Virus record (IMG/VR): IMGVR_UViG_3300034104_005687
Location: 1 to 64,000 of that record
Strand: one strand, 5' to 3'
DNA length: 64,000 bases
The position numbers and the translations under genes are program-made. Positions 26,660 through 35,644 of the stretch are shown piece by piece; positions within the stretch are counted from its first letter, which is position 1; each line of letters opens with the position of its first letter. The notes under the pieces are model-generated. The model searched no databases. It saw nothing but the letters and a program-made list of their open reading frames with translations, and was not told the origin of the DNA.

Positions 26660-27915
26660 TTTAATGCTCGCAATTCAGGAATTATGTTCATAATGTTTTC
26701 ATTTCTAATAGAATCTAGCTCATAGGTCTTGCGCCAAAATGTGTCTAGTAGGTGTGTGTTGTCAGTCTGCATCATGAAATTAATTGCACTCTCAAATCCC
26801 ACTGTGGCTCTGGACAATTGATCTTGTGGCCTCAGCCATTCAATATGCTGTTCAAATTTGTGCTTAATCTGTTGTTTATACTCAGTAGTAGCAATGTCTA
26901 TTCTGTAGTGTACTGGATCTTGCAAGATATTTACATTTAAGTCTTGCGCTCGTAATAGGCCTTGCTCAACCCAGTCACGATGAAAATCTGGCAGGTGCAG
27001 GGCGTTCATGATGCTTAGAGTGGGGCTGATATAGAAGTCTACTTCGGGGCATATTCTCATCATGTCTCGGCGATTCTGTTCTACCACTGCCCAGTCTGTG
27101 CCTTTGCGTATGTATTCACCTCTAGCACCAGATGCGTCTAGGCTAGCACCAACTGCTACTGATTTGAACTGGCTCCAATACTCAAACACTGATCGGCCTT
27201 TGAGGTCGGTGTGGGTAAAGTTGGTGTTGTAGATCAGTCGCACATCAAATCGCTTTCTGCGTACCAGTTCGTCAAGAATACGATAGTGTTCCTCCATCAG
27301 CAAGGGCTCGCCACCAGCAAAGTAAATCTGTTCCACGTAGTCAAGATGAGGCTCTAGTTGTGACCACATGTCTGTTTCTGTGCGCCCAGCATAGTTCAGC
27401 ACTGTGTTGCGGTCTTTCCAGTCACCGCCGGCCAGCTTGGCCTGATCCTGATACCATTGGCTGCTAAAGATGTGTCCACAGCTACGACATTTCAAATTGC
27501 ACAGGTTGCTGAATCTAATATCCCAGTAAGTCATTTCAAAAGGATTTGACTCTAGCTTTTTGATGTGATGTCCGTGATGCTTGTTGGCGCTTTTACGACC
27601 ACTAAAGAATCCTGATGCTTCTTGTTCATAACAACGACCGCAAGCAGCGTTGGAGGTTTCACTCAGCATGTCTTTGCGCAACTGTGCCATGGGCTGATCA
27701 CGCCATATTTCTTCAAGAGTATTGGTACGACAATTGCCTACTTGGCCCACGCCCATTTCAGCATGACAACAAGGATATGCTTCACCTGTGGGATATGCAT
27801 GCAGGTGAATCCAAGGATAGATGCAAAAGGTCTTGGAATCTTGTAGCAAGAATTCTTCACGGTCGGTAAGGTCCACTGGCTTTACCAAGTCTGATGAGTT
27901 GTAGTTATAGGTCAT
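26656..27915 (-). CDS. Radical SAM protein with N-terminal Twitch/SPASM-like motifs (rSAM 3)
   Basis: CIYPW...YPCC...CGRC; NLCNLKCRSC; FAGGEP. Confidence 0.92.
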   Translation of the reverse strand: MTYNYNSSDLVKPVDLTDREEFLLQDSKTFCIYPWIHLHAYPTGEAYPCCHAEMGVGQVGNCRTNTLEEIWRDQPMAQLRKDMLSETSNAACGRCYEQEASGFFSGRKSANKHHGHHIKKLESNPFEMTYWDIRFSNLCNLKCRSCGHIFSSQWYQDQAKLAGGDWKDRNTVLNYAGRTETDMWSQLEPHLDYVEQIYFAGGEPLLMEEHYRILDELVRRKRFDVRLIYNTNFTHTDLKGRSVFEYWSQFKSVAVGASLDASGARGEYIRKGTDWAVVEQNRRDMMRICPEVDFYISPTLSIMNALHLPDFHRDWVEQGLLRAQDLNVNILQDPVHYRIDIATTEYKQQIKHKFEQHIEWLRPQDQLSRATVGFESAINFMMQTDNTHLLDTFWRKTYELDSIRNENIMNIIPELRALK

Positions 27916-29252
27916 AGTGTGTTGTACCAGTTGGTAATATCAGCCCTGATACCAAATGTTTCGGCAAAGTTCTTGTTGCGGCGGCGGTCGTACTGTGAGA
28001 AAAACTCATGAAAGTCGTTGAGCAAGCGAGGCATGTCAAATGCTTCTGAATGCGGAGTTTCAACTACATCCAAGTAATCGATTAACCTCTGCAAGTGATC
28101 CAGTTCATGTTCATGAAACAAGGGATTGTGCTGATTGCGGTAGTGTAGTTCTTTTAGTTCTGCAGCAAATCTAGCACGTAGGTCATGTGGCATTACCAGC
28201 GCACTTTGAAAACTGGGAAATCTCAAAATATTCAAGGTGTAACTTACTGCGTCACGCCCGTGGCGTTGCTTTAATTCTAGTAGATAACGCAAATGGTCAG
28301 ACAAGCTGGGCAGGCACAGTGCATTGATTGTGCCCATAAAGTGCAGGGTGCGTACACGCCTACTGGCCAAGATCTTTTCTACATTTGCCTGCCAGGCTGT
28401 GTAATCTAGGCCATCACGTATGTATTCAGCTTGGACACCCACGGCTTCCTGACTGGTATAGATATCTACATCCAGTCCTTGTATTGAATCCAACAGTCGG
28501 TCTACATCTACATCTGCACCTAGATTTGAGTTGATGGCCAGGCGTGTGTTGCTTCGCCCTGGATTGTTGCGAAACCAGTCAATCAGCTTCCAGGTATGGC
28601 CGCTCATTAAGGGCTCTCCACCAGTGATTCTTAACTCTTGTAGGGTGCTATGCAGATCTGATTCCCACCATGCAAAAAAAGCTTCAACATACGGATTGGT
28701 CTCCCCGAAACGATACAGTTGAGCACTTGAGTGCTCATGTGTAAAGTGATTACGACCGTCAGACACAAGGCCCATATAGGGTCCGTTATTCCTAATATCT
28801 TTAACCCATGTTGAGCTAAAAGCAGGATTGCAGTAACTACAAGCAAACTGGCAGGTCCGATCAAAAGCAATTTCAAGAGTTCGCAAATCAACATCTTGGT
28901 CAACTGGAGTTTCATATGCTTCCTTTAATGCAGCAATGGGGTAAATCTTTGACTTGTACACACGGTCGCTGACAGCATCACGACCCATGTCTTCAATTTT
29001 CCAGCAGTATTCGCAACCTGCAGGACGTTCACCTGCAATCATTTTGGCACGATCAGCTTTCTTTTGCGGTGTATTGTGCAGCAGCTTAGGGTTGGTTGTG
29101 ACTTTATCAATGTCCACCAAATGAGCTGGCGGGTGGTGGCAGCTGGTGCTCATGCCGCTACCAAGCCAAATGGTAGCATTAAACCACTTTGCGCCACAAA
29201 AACTAGGGCTCAGTGTGTCCAGTACTTGCTGGCGAAATTCAAGATCGTTCAT
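27912..29252 (-). CDS. Radical SAM protein with N-terminal Cys/His motifs (rSAM 4)
   Basis: CGAKW...SCHH...CEYC; RTCQFACSYC; ITGGEP. Confidence 0.92.
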   Translation of the reverse strand: MNDLEFRQQVLDTLSPSFCGAKWFNATIWLGSGMSTSCHHPPAHLVDIDKVTTNPKLLHNTPQKKADRAKMIAGERPAGCEYCWKIEDMGRDAVSDRVYKSKIYPIAALKEAYETPVDQDVDLRTLEIAFDRTCQFACSYCNPAFSSTWVKDIRNNGPYMGLVSDGRNHFTHEHSSAQLYRFGETNPYVEAFFAWWESDLHSTLQELRITGGEPLMSGHTWKLIDWFRNNPGRSNTRLAINSNLGADVDVDRLLDSIQGLDVDIYTSQEAVGVQAEYIRDGLDYTAWQANVEKILASRRVRTLHFMGTINALCLPSLSDHLRYLLELKQRHGRDAVSYTLNILRFPSFQSALVMPHDLRARFAAELKELHYRNQHNPLFHEHELDHLQRLIDYLDVVETPHSEAFDMPRLLNDFHEFFSQYDRRRNKNFAETFGIRADITNWYNTL

Positions 29253-30345
29253 TTAGATAATTTAGTAGATTTTGTGGCAGTAGAGCACGTTGCTCACGAT
29301 TGTACTCCACAAGATGTTGCTGATTGTATTTACAGATGTCGCGGCTGGCCTTCCAGAAATCCCCAGAGCCCGAGTAACTTATGGCACGTACTGTATCTAT
29401 TATACGCTCACTCCTGGCTTGTGGACAATCAATTTGGTCGTAGCTTTCGTCTAACAATGTGTGAAATGTTTGAAATCCTGCGTTGCGTAGATCTCGCAAA
29501 TAGCCCTGATTGGCTGCAACCACAAATGGGTGTGCCATCAGAATAGGCTTGTAGATCTTTTCTGTACGAAATGTGTGCGGATAATCAAAAATGGTTTCTG
29601 TTACCAAACTGAACCAGGTGTCTGTGTAGCAACGATGATTCACAATAGCATCGCCCCAGGTGTTGTTGAACAGTTGATGTTTGACAAAGCCTGCGTCAGG
29701 GACTGCGTTTAACTGCGGCACAGCACGATCTATTTCGTATTCAGGCGGCAACAAACGTATAGGTTCTGTTTTGCCTGTGTCCAACGCAGACGTAAATGCC
29801 ATTTCGACTTGACTGCCCAAATTGGTCCACAGTGCATGTGACAACATGCCTTGTGCTCTTAGATGATCCATTAGGTACTTGCGGTGTGGTCGCAATCGTC
29901 CGTTAAGGAACAAAAATTCATAAGGACGATGTTCTTTGTATTCCAAGGCACCTTCAATCTGTGCTGCCTTGTTTTCTGTGTACTCCACTATGTTAGAGAA
30001 GTAGCAATCTGTTTTGCAATAACGCCACCCTGGTTCTAAGTCGCCAGAGGTCAACAAACCAATGCGACCATCGCGCACATGGTCAGCGATACGCAATCGT
30101 CGGAGTTGCAGCAACACAGTTTCAGATCCTTCAGCAGGATTTGAAAACACAATGCTCCCTGGATACTGAGTAGCCCACTCTGTGATTTCTGTCCAGTGCT
30201 GTTTCAACAGCACACGGCCCACAATGTACACAGTGTTGGGATCTAACTCAGCAGGCCATTGCCAGAATTCTTCGTCAGAATAGGGCTTCAACAAGTCATA
30301 GACTTCGGCCCAGGTGTCTACTGCAATCTTATGTGACCCTAGCAT
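29239..30345 (-). CDS. Putative GT10-like glycosyltransferase, TEK-x-(F/Y)KP family (paralog 5; start moved from 30501)
   Basis: WFSLVTETIF...FRTEKIYKPILMAHPF...GFQTFHTLLDESYD; ATG 30345 overlaps the end of rSAM 5. Confidence 0.55.
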   Translation of the reverse strand: MLGSHKIAVDTWAEVYDLLKPYSDEEFWQWPAELDPNTVYIVGRVLLKQHWTEITEWATQYPGSIVFSNPAEGSETVLLQLRRLRIADHVRDGRIGLLTSGDLEPGWRYCKTDCYFSNIVEYTENKAAQIEGALEYKEHRPYEFLFLNGRLRPHRKYLMDHLRAQGMLSHALWTNLGSQVEMAFTSALDTGKTEPIRLLPPEYEIDRAVPQLNAVPDAGFVKHQLFNNTWGDAIVNHRCYTDTWFSLVTETIFDYPHTFRTEKIYKPILMAHPFVVAANQGYLRDLRNAGFQTFHTLLDESYDQIDCPQARSERIIDTVRAISYSGSGDFWKASRDICKYNQQHLVEYNREQRALLPQNLLNYLNERS

Positions 30346-31729
30346 AGTATTCACATTCGTGCCACCAGGTGGCCATTTCAGGAAACATTTTCTTAAAGTC
30401 TGTGCCTCTGCGACGATCGTGCTCTGAGAAAAAACGATGGAAATCTGCTTTGGCCACAGTGTGATCTTGTCCTTGGCCTGTTCGCATCCAGGCAATGTCA
30501 CGTTCTAGACGCTGTACTTCATAGTCCTTGAATCCGTGCAGGGGATTGGCTTCTGTGGTCATGTTGGCCAGCATGAAGTCACGTGACTTTTCTAGTTGTA
30601 CTGCATAACTTTCAGGCAACAGTTGCAGACTCTGCCACGCAGGTTCTCTAAGAACAGGTGTATCGAACCACACACGCTGATAGGTTGTGCTGTGAGTGCG
30701 TCTAAGTTGCAGGATCCATTCCATGTAGTCTTGAAATCCAGTGACACTCAAGTTGTTCATTGTGATAATAAACGTTAGACTGTTGCGAGTGGGCACTTCT
30801 GTCAAGAAACGATTCACATTGCGTACCACTCGATCAGCACTCATACCGTGTCTAATATACTCGGCCTGTGCACCACGTCCTGAGTCCAGGCTCACGTACT
30901 GCATGAAGTGTTCAATGTTGGGTGTGCATAGTTGTTTGGCATAGCCTAGATACTTTTCAAACAATGCATCTTCCACTGAGAAGTTTGATGTTACGTTTAG
31001 ATGCAACTTGGGACTAGGATTTGCCAACACATAATCAAACACTCGATAGGTATTTTTGTCCATCAAGGGCTCGCCGCCAGTCATGCGGAAATGTTCTAGC
31101 TTAGGATACAGTGTGGGCCACCATGACCAAAACGCTTCAACATATGGATTAGCCTCCCGAACTGGGATAGGTTTGCGATTACCGGTAAAGTGAGTAGGAT
31201 CGTTATGGGTAGTACTAGTCGGATATCCTCCCAACCTATCAACTTCATCAGCCCATGAGCTACTAAATTGAGGGCTACAGTAACTACACTTGAGATTACA
31301 AGCGTGATTAAAGTTAACTTCCACGTAACTGGGTACGATATCATCTTCTGTTCCTGTTGAATTACGAATCTGTTCAAAGTCTACTGCGGCCCAGGGCTCT
31401 CCTGACCGATAGTGTCTATCCGACAGTTTGTCGTTGGCTTCCATGTTCCAGCAGTACTGACACTCTGAGGGCTTTTCACCACGCAGCATCATCACACGCT
31501 GAGCCTTTTTGTGATCAGTGTTATGTAGGCCGCCGGGCCGAGCCAGATCAGCTTTGGTGATCTTGTGCAAGGGAGGATGATAACATGAGTTGTTGAGACC
31601 TGTAGGCAAGTGAAAACTCACTTGCTTCCATTTGGCCAAGCACAGTGCAGGACCAAGATCCTGTTTCATTTGTTCAGCTGAGTTTAAGAACCTGCTTTTG
31701 TTGTCTACGGTTTCGTCGCCTTTATTCAT
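30329..31729 (-). CDS. Radical SAM protein with N-terminal Cys/His motifs (rSAM 5; start moved from 31831)
   Basis: CLAKW...SCYH...CQYC; HACNLKCSYC; MTGGEP. ATG 31729 overlaps the upstream gene's end. Confidence 0.92.
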   Translation of the reverse strand: MNKGDETVDNKSRFLNSAEQMKQDLGPALCLAKWKQVSFHLPTGLNNSCYHPPLHKITKADLARPGGLHNTDHKKAQRVMMLRGEKPSECQYCWNMEANDKLSDRHYRSGEPWAAVDFEQIRNSTGTEDDIVPSYVEVNFNHACNLKCSYCSPQFSSSWADEVDRLGGYPTSTTHNDPTHFTGNRKPIPVREANPYVEAFWSWWPTLYPKLEHFRMTGGEPLMDKNTYRVFDYVLANPSPKLHLNVTSNFSVEDALFEKYLGYAKQLCTPNIEHFMQYVSLDSGRGAQAEYIRHGMSADRVVRNVNRFLTEVPTRNSLTFIITMNNLSVTGFQDYMEWILQLRRTHSTTYQRVWFDTPVLREPAWQSLQLLPESYAVQLEKSRDFMLANMTTEANPLHGFKDYEVQRLERDIAWMRTGQGQDHTVAKADFHRFFSEHDRRRGTDFKKMFPEMATWWHECEYYARVT

Positions 31730-32423
31730 TGTAAACTGCTTTCCATACCATATCAAATATATCACTGCGATAAAGATCAAGTTCTTGTGCCATAAAAACA
31801 CAAAAATCATCCTGATCTTGATCAATATCAATCACATGTTCTGCCTGCGAAAAATCCATTGGCCAGTTGTTGTAATAATTTTTGTGCCAAGAAATAATCT
31901 CGTAAGCAGAATTTATTTTATCCAAACACTCTTGAGCTATGGATTCTAATAGGTCCGGCACATCAATATTTTGGTTAATTACTTTTGAATAGTCTGCTTG
32001 TACTTCGCCTAGAATATGTGCAGGCAACTGATCCAGTTGTTCTGTGCAATTGATTTCGGGCCAGGCAGGATCTTTGATGGCCTGATAGTGCAACAATCTT
32101 GAAACGTCGTTTTGAATTTGTAGATCTACAAATCTTTTGTGTCCGTGCAGAATCCACTCTCTTCTTAAACTAGACTGCAAATCAGATTTGATAAAGGTTA
32201 TTGATTGCCCTGGAAAAACTTTGGCAATTTGTTGACTGTTCATGCAGTGTGTTAACGTGTGATCTAACGGATTTGATAGAACAGTGTCTAATAGATATCT
32301 GTGCTGAAATACCTGATCGCGATTTGTGTTGTCGTAACTGATGTTAAATTTGTCCCAGGAGTTTCCTAAAAGACGCTGCAGATATCGGTTGCCGCCAGCA
32401 CCGGGACAAAAAGCAATTATCAT
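31722..32423 (-). CDS. Hypothetical protein; weak sulfotransferase/P-loop-like N-terminus
   Basis: MIIAFCPGAGGNRY start resembles a 5'-phosphosulfate-binding loop. ORF solid, function weak. Confidence 0.6.
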   Translation of the reverse strand: MIIAFCPGAGGNRYLQRLLGNSWDKFNISYDNTNRDQVFQHRYLLDTVLSNPLDHTLTHCMNSQQIAKVFPGQSITFIKSDLQSSLRREWILHGHKRFVDLQIQNDVSRLLHYQAIKDPAWPEINCTEQLDQLPAHILGEVQADYSKVINQNIDVPDLLESIAQECLDKINSAYEIISWHKNYYNNWPMDFSQAEHVIDIDQDQDDFCVFMAQELDLYRSDIFDMVWKAVYNE

Positions 32424-32500
32424 TTGTGACCTTTGAGGTTAAGAGTAAGTATTGGAATATTCATTACGATCCAAAAACGCATCAAGCATTAGACAAAAAA

Positions 32501-33424
32501 TTACCAACCTTCTTGCTTGCGGATTACATCAATTTCTCGAATCATGATGCCTTGATTGTGCCAATTTGATCTATAGTGATGTTTAAAAAATGAACTTTGT
32601 TCAGCCTCTAATATAGCCATTGGCAAATCTAATTGTGTACCAAGTTCAGGTCCCAACTGGTTGGCCAATATACGCGGCTGCGAATCTTTGACTGTGTCCC
32701 ATAATTTTGCTAATGCATCAAAGTCTTGTACTTGAGTATGGTCCCAGTTTGTGAGCATGGTCATGTATGTTCCTTGCCGTGCTCCTGCAATTGCCCATTC
32801 TCCATTTTCGACATCACTGCCTACATTGTGCCAGATTGTGAGATTGTCAAGATTGCGCAGTACCTGAGTTTTGAATTCTTCCACAGTGGGCTTGCGTCCA
32901 CGTTGTAGGCTCATTTTGACGCCTTCGCGAAACCCTGCACGCCAGGCTTGAAAAGGTGATCCATTAGGGTATGTTTTGCTGTAGCAGTCGTGCATGGCCC
33001 AATACGCAGGGTCAAAGCAAAACTCTACTTGTGTTTCTGTTCTACCGTCGGTGGCTTCATGCGTCTGCATGGCCGCAACAAAAGTCTTGGTCCACGAACT
33101 GAGTCCTCCGTTGCCATACATCAGTCCATTGATATGATTACGTGCTCGCCATCTAAACACAGCTTGTTCATAATCAGGTGTAGGAAAATGTAGCGTTTGA
33201 TTAAAAAAGCTTGCATTGGGAAGATTGTCTCCATCAATGAGAATAAATCTTTCAGTGCCAGATGCCAAGGCTGCGGCCTTGTGCGCTGCATCGCTGCCCT
33301 TGACACCGTCTACCCGTTTGGCCCAGGGCACCATGTTCTTGATTTTGACCCAAAATTCTTCGCGTTGAGGTTCATCATAGGTTAGAAAAATGCAGTCTAG
33401 ATCTGCTATGTCAATTTGTTTCAT
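32501..33424 (-). CDS. GT-A fold glycosyltransferase-like protein
   Basis: [29 protein letters not shown] (DxD), [18 protein letters not shown]. Confidence 0.65.
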   Translation of the reverse strand: MKQIDIADLDCIFLTYDEPQREEFWVKIKNMVPWAKRVDGVKGSDAAHKAAALASGTERFILIDGDNLPNASFFNQTLHFPTPDYEQAVFRWRARNHINGLMYGNGGLSSWTKTFVAAMQTHEATDGRTETQVEFCFDPAYWAMHDCYSKTYPNGSPFQAWRAGFREGVKMSLQRGRKPTVEEFKTQVLRNLDNLTIWHNVGSDVENGEWAIAGARQGTYMTMLTNWDHTQVQDFDALAKLWDTVKDSQPRILANQLGPELGTQLDLPMAILEAEQSSFFKHHYRSNWHNQGIMIREIDVIRKQEGW

Positions 33425-33731
33425 AAGTTTGTTTGCTCCAGCATTGGTGTGGTTGTTGATCAGACACTACTACAGCAACATCACAAGGATGACATGGCGT
33501 TCCTGTTTCGGCATGCTCCAGTCGTGCAGTAGTTTGCCAAGTCAGTTCTACTAGTTTGCCACCGCGCACTCGCACATTGGTGGCGCTGCGGGCAAAAGTG
33601 TCTGCGTCAATTTCTATGTATGTACCTGGCACATCTTCCATGCTGTAGAATAACGGAACACCTTGACTGTCATGATACAGTCGAAAGAACACAGGCACTG
33701 GGTCAGCAAAATTCATTTGATATTCAATCAT
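33411..33731 (-). CDS. Hypothetical protein (start moved from 33764)
   Basis: ATGA overlap with the upstream stop at 33728-33731. Confidence 0.7.
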   Translation of the reverse strand: MIEYQMNFADPVPVFFRLYHDSQGVPLFYSMEDVPGTYIEIDADTFARSATNVRVRGGKLVELTWQTTARLEHAETGTPCHPCDVAVVVSDQQPHQCWSKQTYETN

Positions 33732-34495
33732 GATCGTTGTGCCCTGTAATGTACTGCTCCCCATTGTGCCACAGTGTTGATACGAACAGGATCCATTTCA
33801 AATGTTAGTTCTTTCATCCAGTCCTCTGTAGTAGTGTTGGCATGATGTCGCTTCATGTGTACAATTTGTGGGTAAGTTGCAAATGGCATGGTCACCTGTT
33901 CTGTGCCTATCACTGCGGCAGCCATGGCATACACAAGATCAGTGCTGGGAACGTCTTCGGGATACTTTAGTAATTTTTTGAACTCTGTCCAGTTTGCAAA
34001 TATCTCCCGTACTAGATCAAAAAACGTCTGGGCAGTTTTGCTTAGACGCCAATAGGTTATGGCATTGTACACATCTGGCAGTTGATTTTGATCAAAGCAA
34101 TGTCGATAATTGCGAGCACCACTGATCTCACCAAGCCAGTTTCTACAACCAGTGCTGATCACAACATCACGATGTCTAAACATAGTCCACCAGTGATCAA
34201 TTGGAGTGGCAATCAGCATGTCTGCTTCCAGTTTGATAGTTTCACGAAACGGGGTTTGACGGAAAACCATCCAATCGTTGGCCCAAGGATTTTCAGTGTT
34301 GATGTCATCAACCACGTGTGTGTAAGCAAACAATGCTGAGTCAGCGGCATAGGGCTCGTTGGTCAGCAAACAGATACGTGCCGCGGGATTGTGTTTCAAC
34401 AGTGTCTTTGCCAACGCCCGAGCACAATCCACATAGTCAGTTTTGCCTACATTCCAAGCAGGAATGATATAGCCTTGTTCTTCAATGGGACGCAA
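33728..34495 (-). CDS. GT-A (GT8-like) nucleotide-diphospho-sugar transferase
   Basis: GYIIPA...YVDCARALA...[13 protein letters not shown]; paralogous to the adjacent gene. Confidence 0.6.
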   Translation of the reverse strand: MRPIEEQGYIIPAWNVGKTDYVDCARALAKTLLKHNPAARICLLTNEPYAADSALFAYTHVVDDINTENPWANDWMVFRQTPFRETIKLEADMLIATPIDHWWTMFRHRDVVISTGCRNWLGEISGARNYRHCFDQNQLPDVYNAITYWRLSKTAQTFFDLVREIFANWTEFKKLLKYPEDVPSTDLVYAMAAAVIGTEQVTMPFATYPQIVHMKRHHANTTTEDWMKELTFEMDPVRINTVAQWGAVHYRAQRS

Positions 34496-35285
34496 TTATT
34501 TTCTCCAAGTGCTGTTTGCCCATGGCATGAAAGTCTGTACCTTGCCAAGTCACCCATCTTGGGCTGTTGTCTGAATCATTGTAGTTGACCTGGTACATGC
34601 TGTCGTCTAGCTTGACAAGTTCTGTGTCAGGCAGCACACTGAGCAAAGGCCAAGGTATTTCTGTGACCTGACCAGTGTGACCTGACACAATGCCCAAAGC
34701 AATGCTGAGTGCAAAATCGTTGCGATAGGTCAACTTGTCAATACCATACAAGTCTCGATAGTGTTGCCAGTTGTTTCGTATCATTTGCATGCAGTCAAAT
34801 ATGTATTGTGCAGTGTTGCTGCGACGAAACATCATTACCGTGGCCCACCACATGGGCATGCTGTGTTGACCAAAAACATTGAGTCCTGGTATGGGAAGGC
34901 CCGTGGCCATGTTGACAGCAGTTCTGTGACACATAAAGTCTGTGTCACTTTGCAGTACACGGCGCAACTCTGATCCGGCTACAACATAGTCAGCATCCAA
35001 CACCAGAGTCTGGTCCCAGGGGGTCAAAGAGTAAGAGTCAACTCGACCTGCATTGTGCCAAGACACAGTTGCTGCGTAATCCTCAAACCAACGTGTGCCT
35101 CCTGTTTGCGGTGCCACGTTAATGACTCGATCAAACGCTCTATTTCTTTCATGGTCCACACAGTCTGTGACAATGGCAACCGGTATGTCAAGGTGTCGGC
35201 GAATGTTTCTAGCACTCCACTCAGCCATAGCAAGGTAGTTGGTTTGTTCATTGTTGAACGCAAAAATAAGTGCGCCAGTGGTCAT
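34482..35285 (-). CDS. GT-A (GT8-like) nucleotide-diphospho-sugar transferase (start moved from 35342)
   Basis: GALIFA...YLAMAEWSA...TPWDQTLVLDADY (DxD), WWATVMMF, RNDFALSIA; ATGA overlap at 35282-35285. Confidence 0.65.
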   Translation of the reverse strand: MTTGALIFAFNNEQTNYLAMAEWSARNIRRHLDIPVAIVTDCVDHERNRAFDRVINVAPQTGGTRWFEDYAATVSWHNAGRVDSYSLTPWDQTLVLDADYVVAGSELRRVLQSDTDFMCHRTAVNMATGLPIPGLNVFGQHSMPMWWATVMMFRRSNTAQYIFDCMQMIRNNWQHYRDLYGIDKLTYRNDFALSIALGIVSGHTGQVTEIPWPLLSVLPDTELVKLDDSMYQVNYNDSDNSPRWVTWQGTDFHAMGKQHLEKIIASH

Positions 35286-35590
35286 CGTTTTTTGTTGTTT
35301 GCGTCGTGTTCCACTAGCCAAGCATTCATTTGCTCTTGCCAACGTTGTTGTACGGCCATTTCGAGATCTCCAACATTGATCCGGATTGGATTTTCATACA
35401 AGTCAAGAATAACTGCTGATTCTCTGTCAGGACAGACTGATAACATAGTCAGTAGTTCTGGTCCAGCACGCCACATACCACCTGCGTAAGCAAATAACAT
35501 ACGTGCTTCGTATTTTTCTTTTAGTAGTCGACGTGCTGTTTGATGATCAAAACGGGCTCGCGAATGTGCAATCAAGGCTTCAGTATCCAT
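35282..35590 (-). CDS. Hypothetical protein, first gene of the long minus-strand modification operon
   Basis: 102-aa ORF directly downstream of a sigma70-type promoter. Confidence 0.75.
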   Translation of the reverse strand: MDTEALIAHSRARFDHQTARRLLKEKYEARMLFAYAGGMWRAGPELLTMLSVCPDRESAVILDLYENPIRINVGDLEMAVQQRWQEQMNAWLVEHDANNKKR

Positions 35591-35595
35591 AACAT

Positions 35596-35624
35596 ATTAT
35601 AAGGGAATTTTAGAGAAAAGTAAA
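35596..35624 (-). promoter_or_regulatory. Sigma70-type promoter TTTACT-N17-TATAAT (probably leaderless mRNA)
   Basis: 17-nt spacer; -10 ends 5 nt before ATG 35590; -35 overlaps the terminator hairpin arm. Confidence 0.7.
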
Positions 35625-35642
35625 GGGGCAACAGCCCCTTTT
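35622..35642 (-). terminator. Hairpin AAAGGGGC-(4 nt)-GCCCCTTT ending the structural transcript
   Basis: Perfect 8-bp stem 2 nt after the stop of 35645..36610, followed on the minus strand by ACTTTTCT. Confidence 0.75.
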
Positions 35643-35644
35643 GG

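Noticed and set aside
29239-35342. ORF-track N-terminal extensions (30501, 31831, 33764, 35342)
   Set aside because: They overlap upstream genes extensively; internal ATGs at stop-start overlaps (30345, 31729, 33731, 35285) are more plausible.
9317-35590. Complete diffusible aminoglycoside antibiotic gene cluster
   Set aside because: No recognisable cyclitol synthase (DOI synthase, myo-inositol dehydrogenase), exporter or resistance gene; the many GT-like genes fit a polymeric or protein-linked glycan better.
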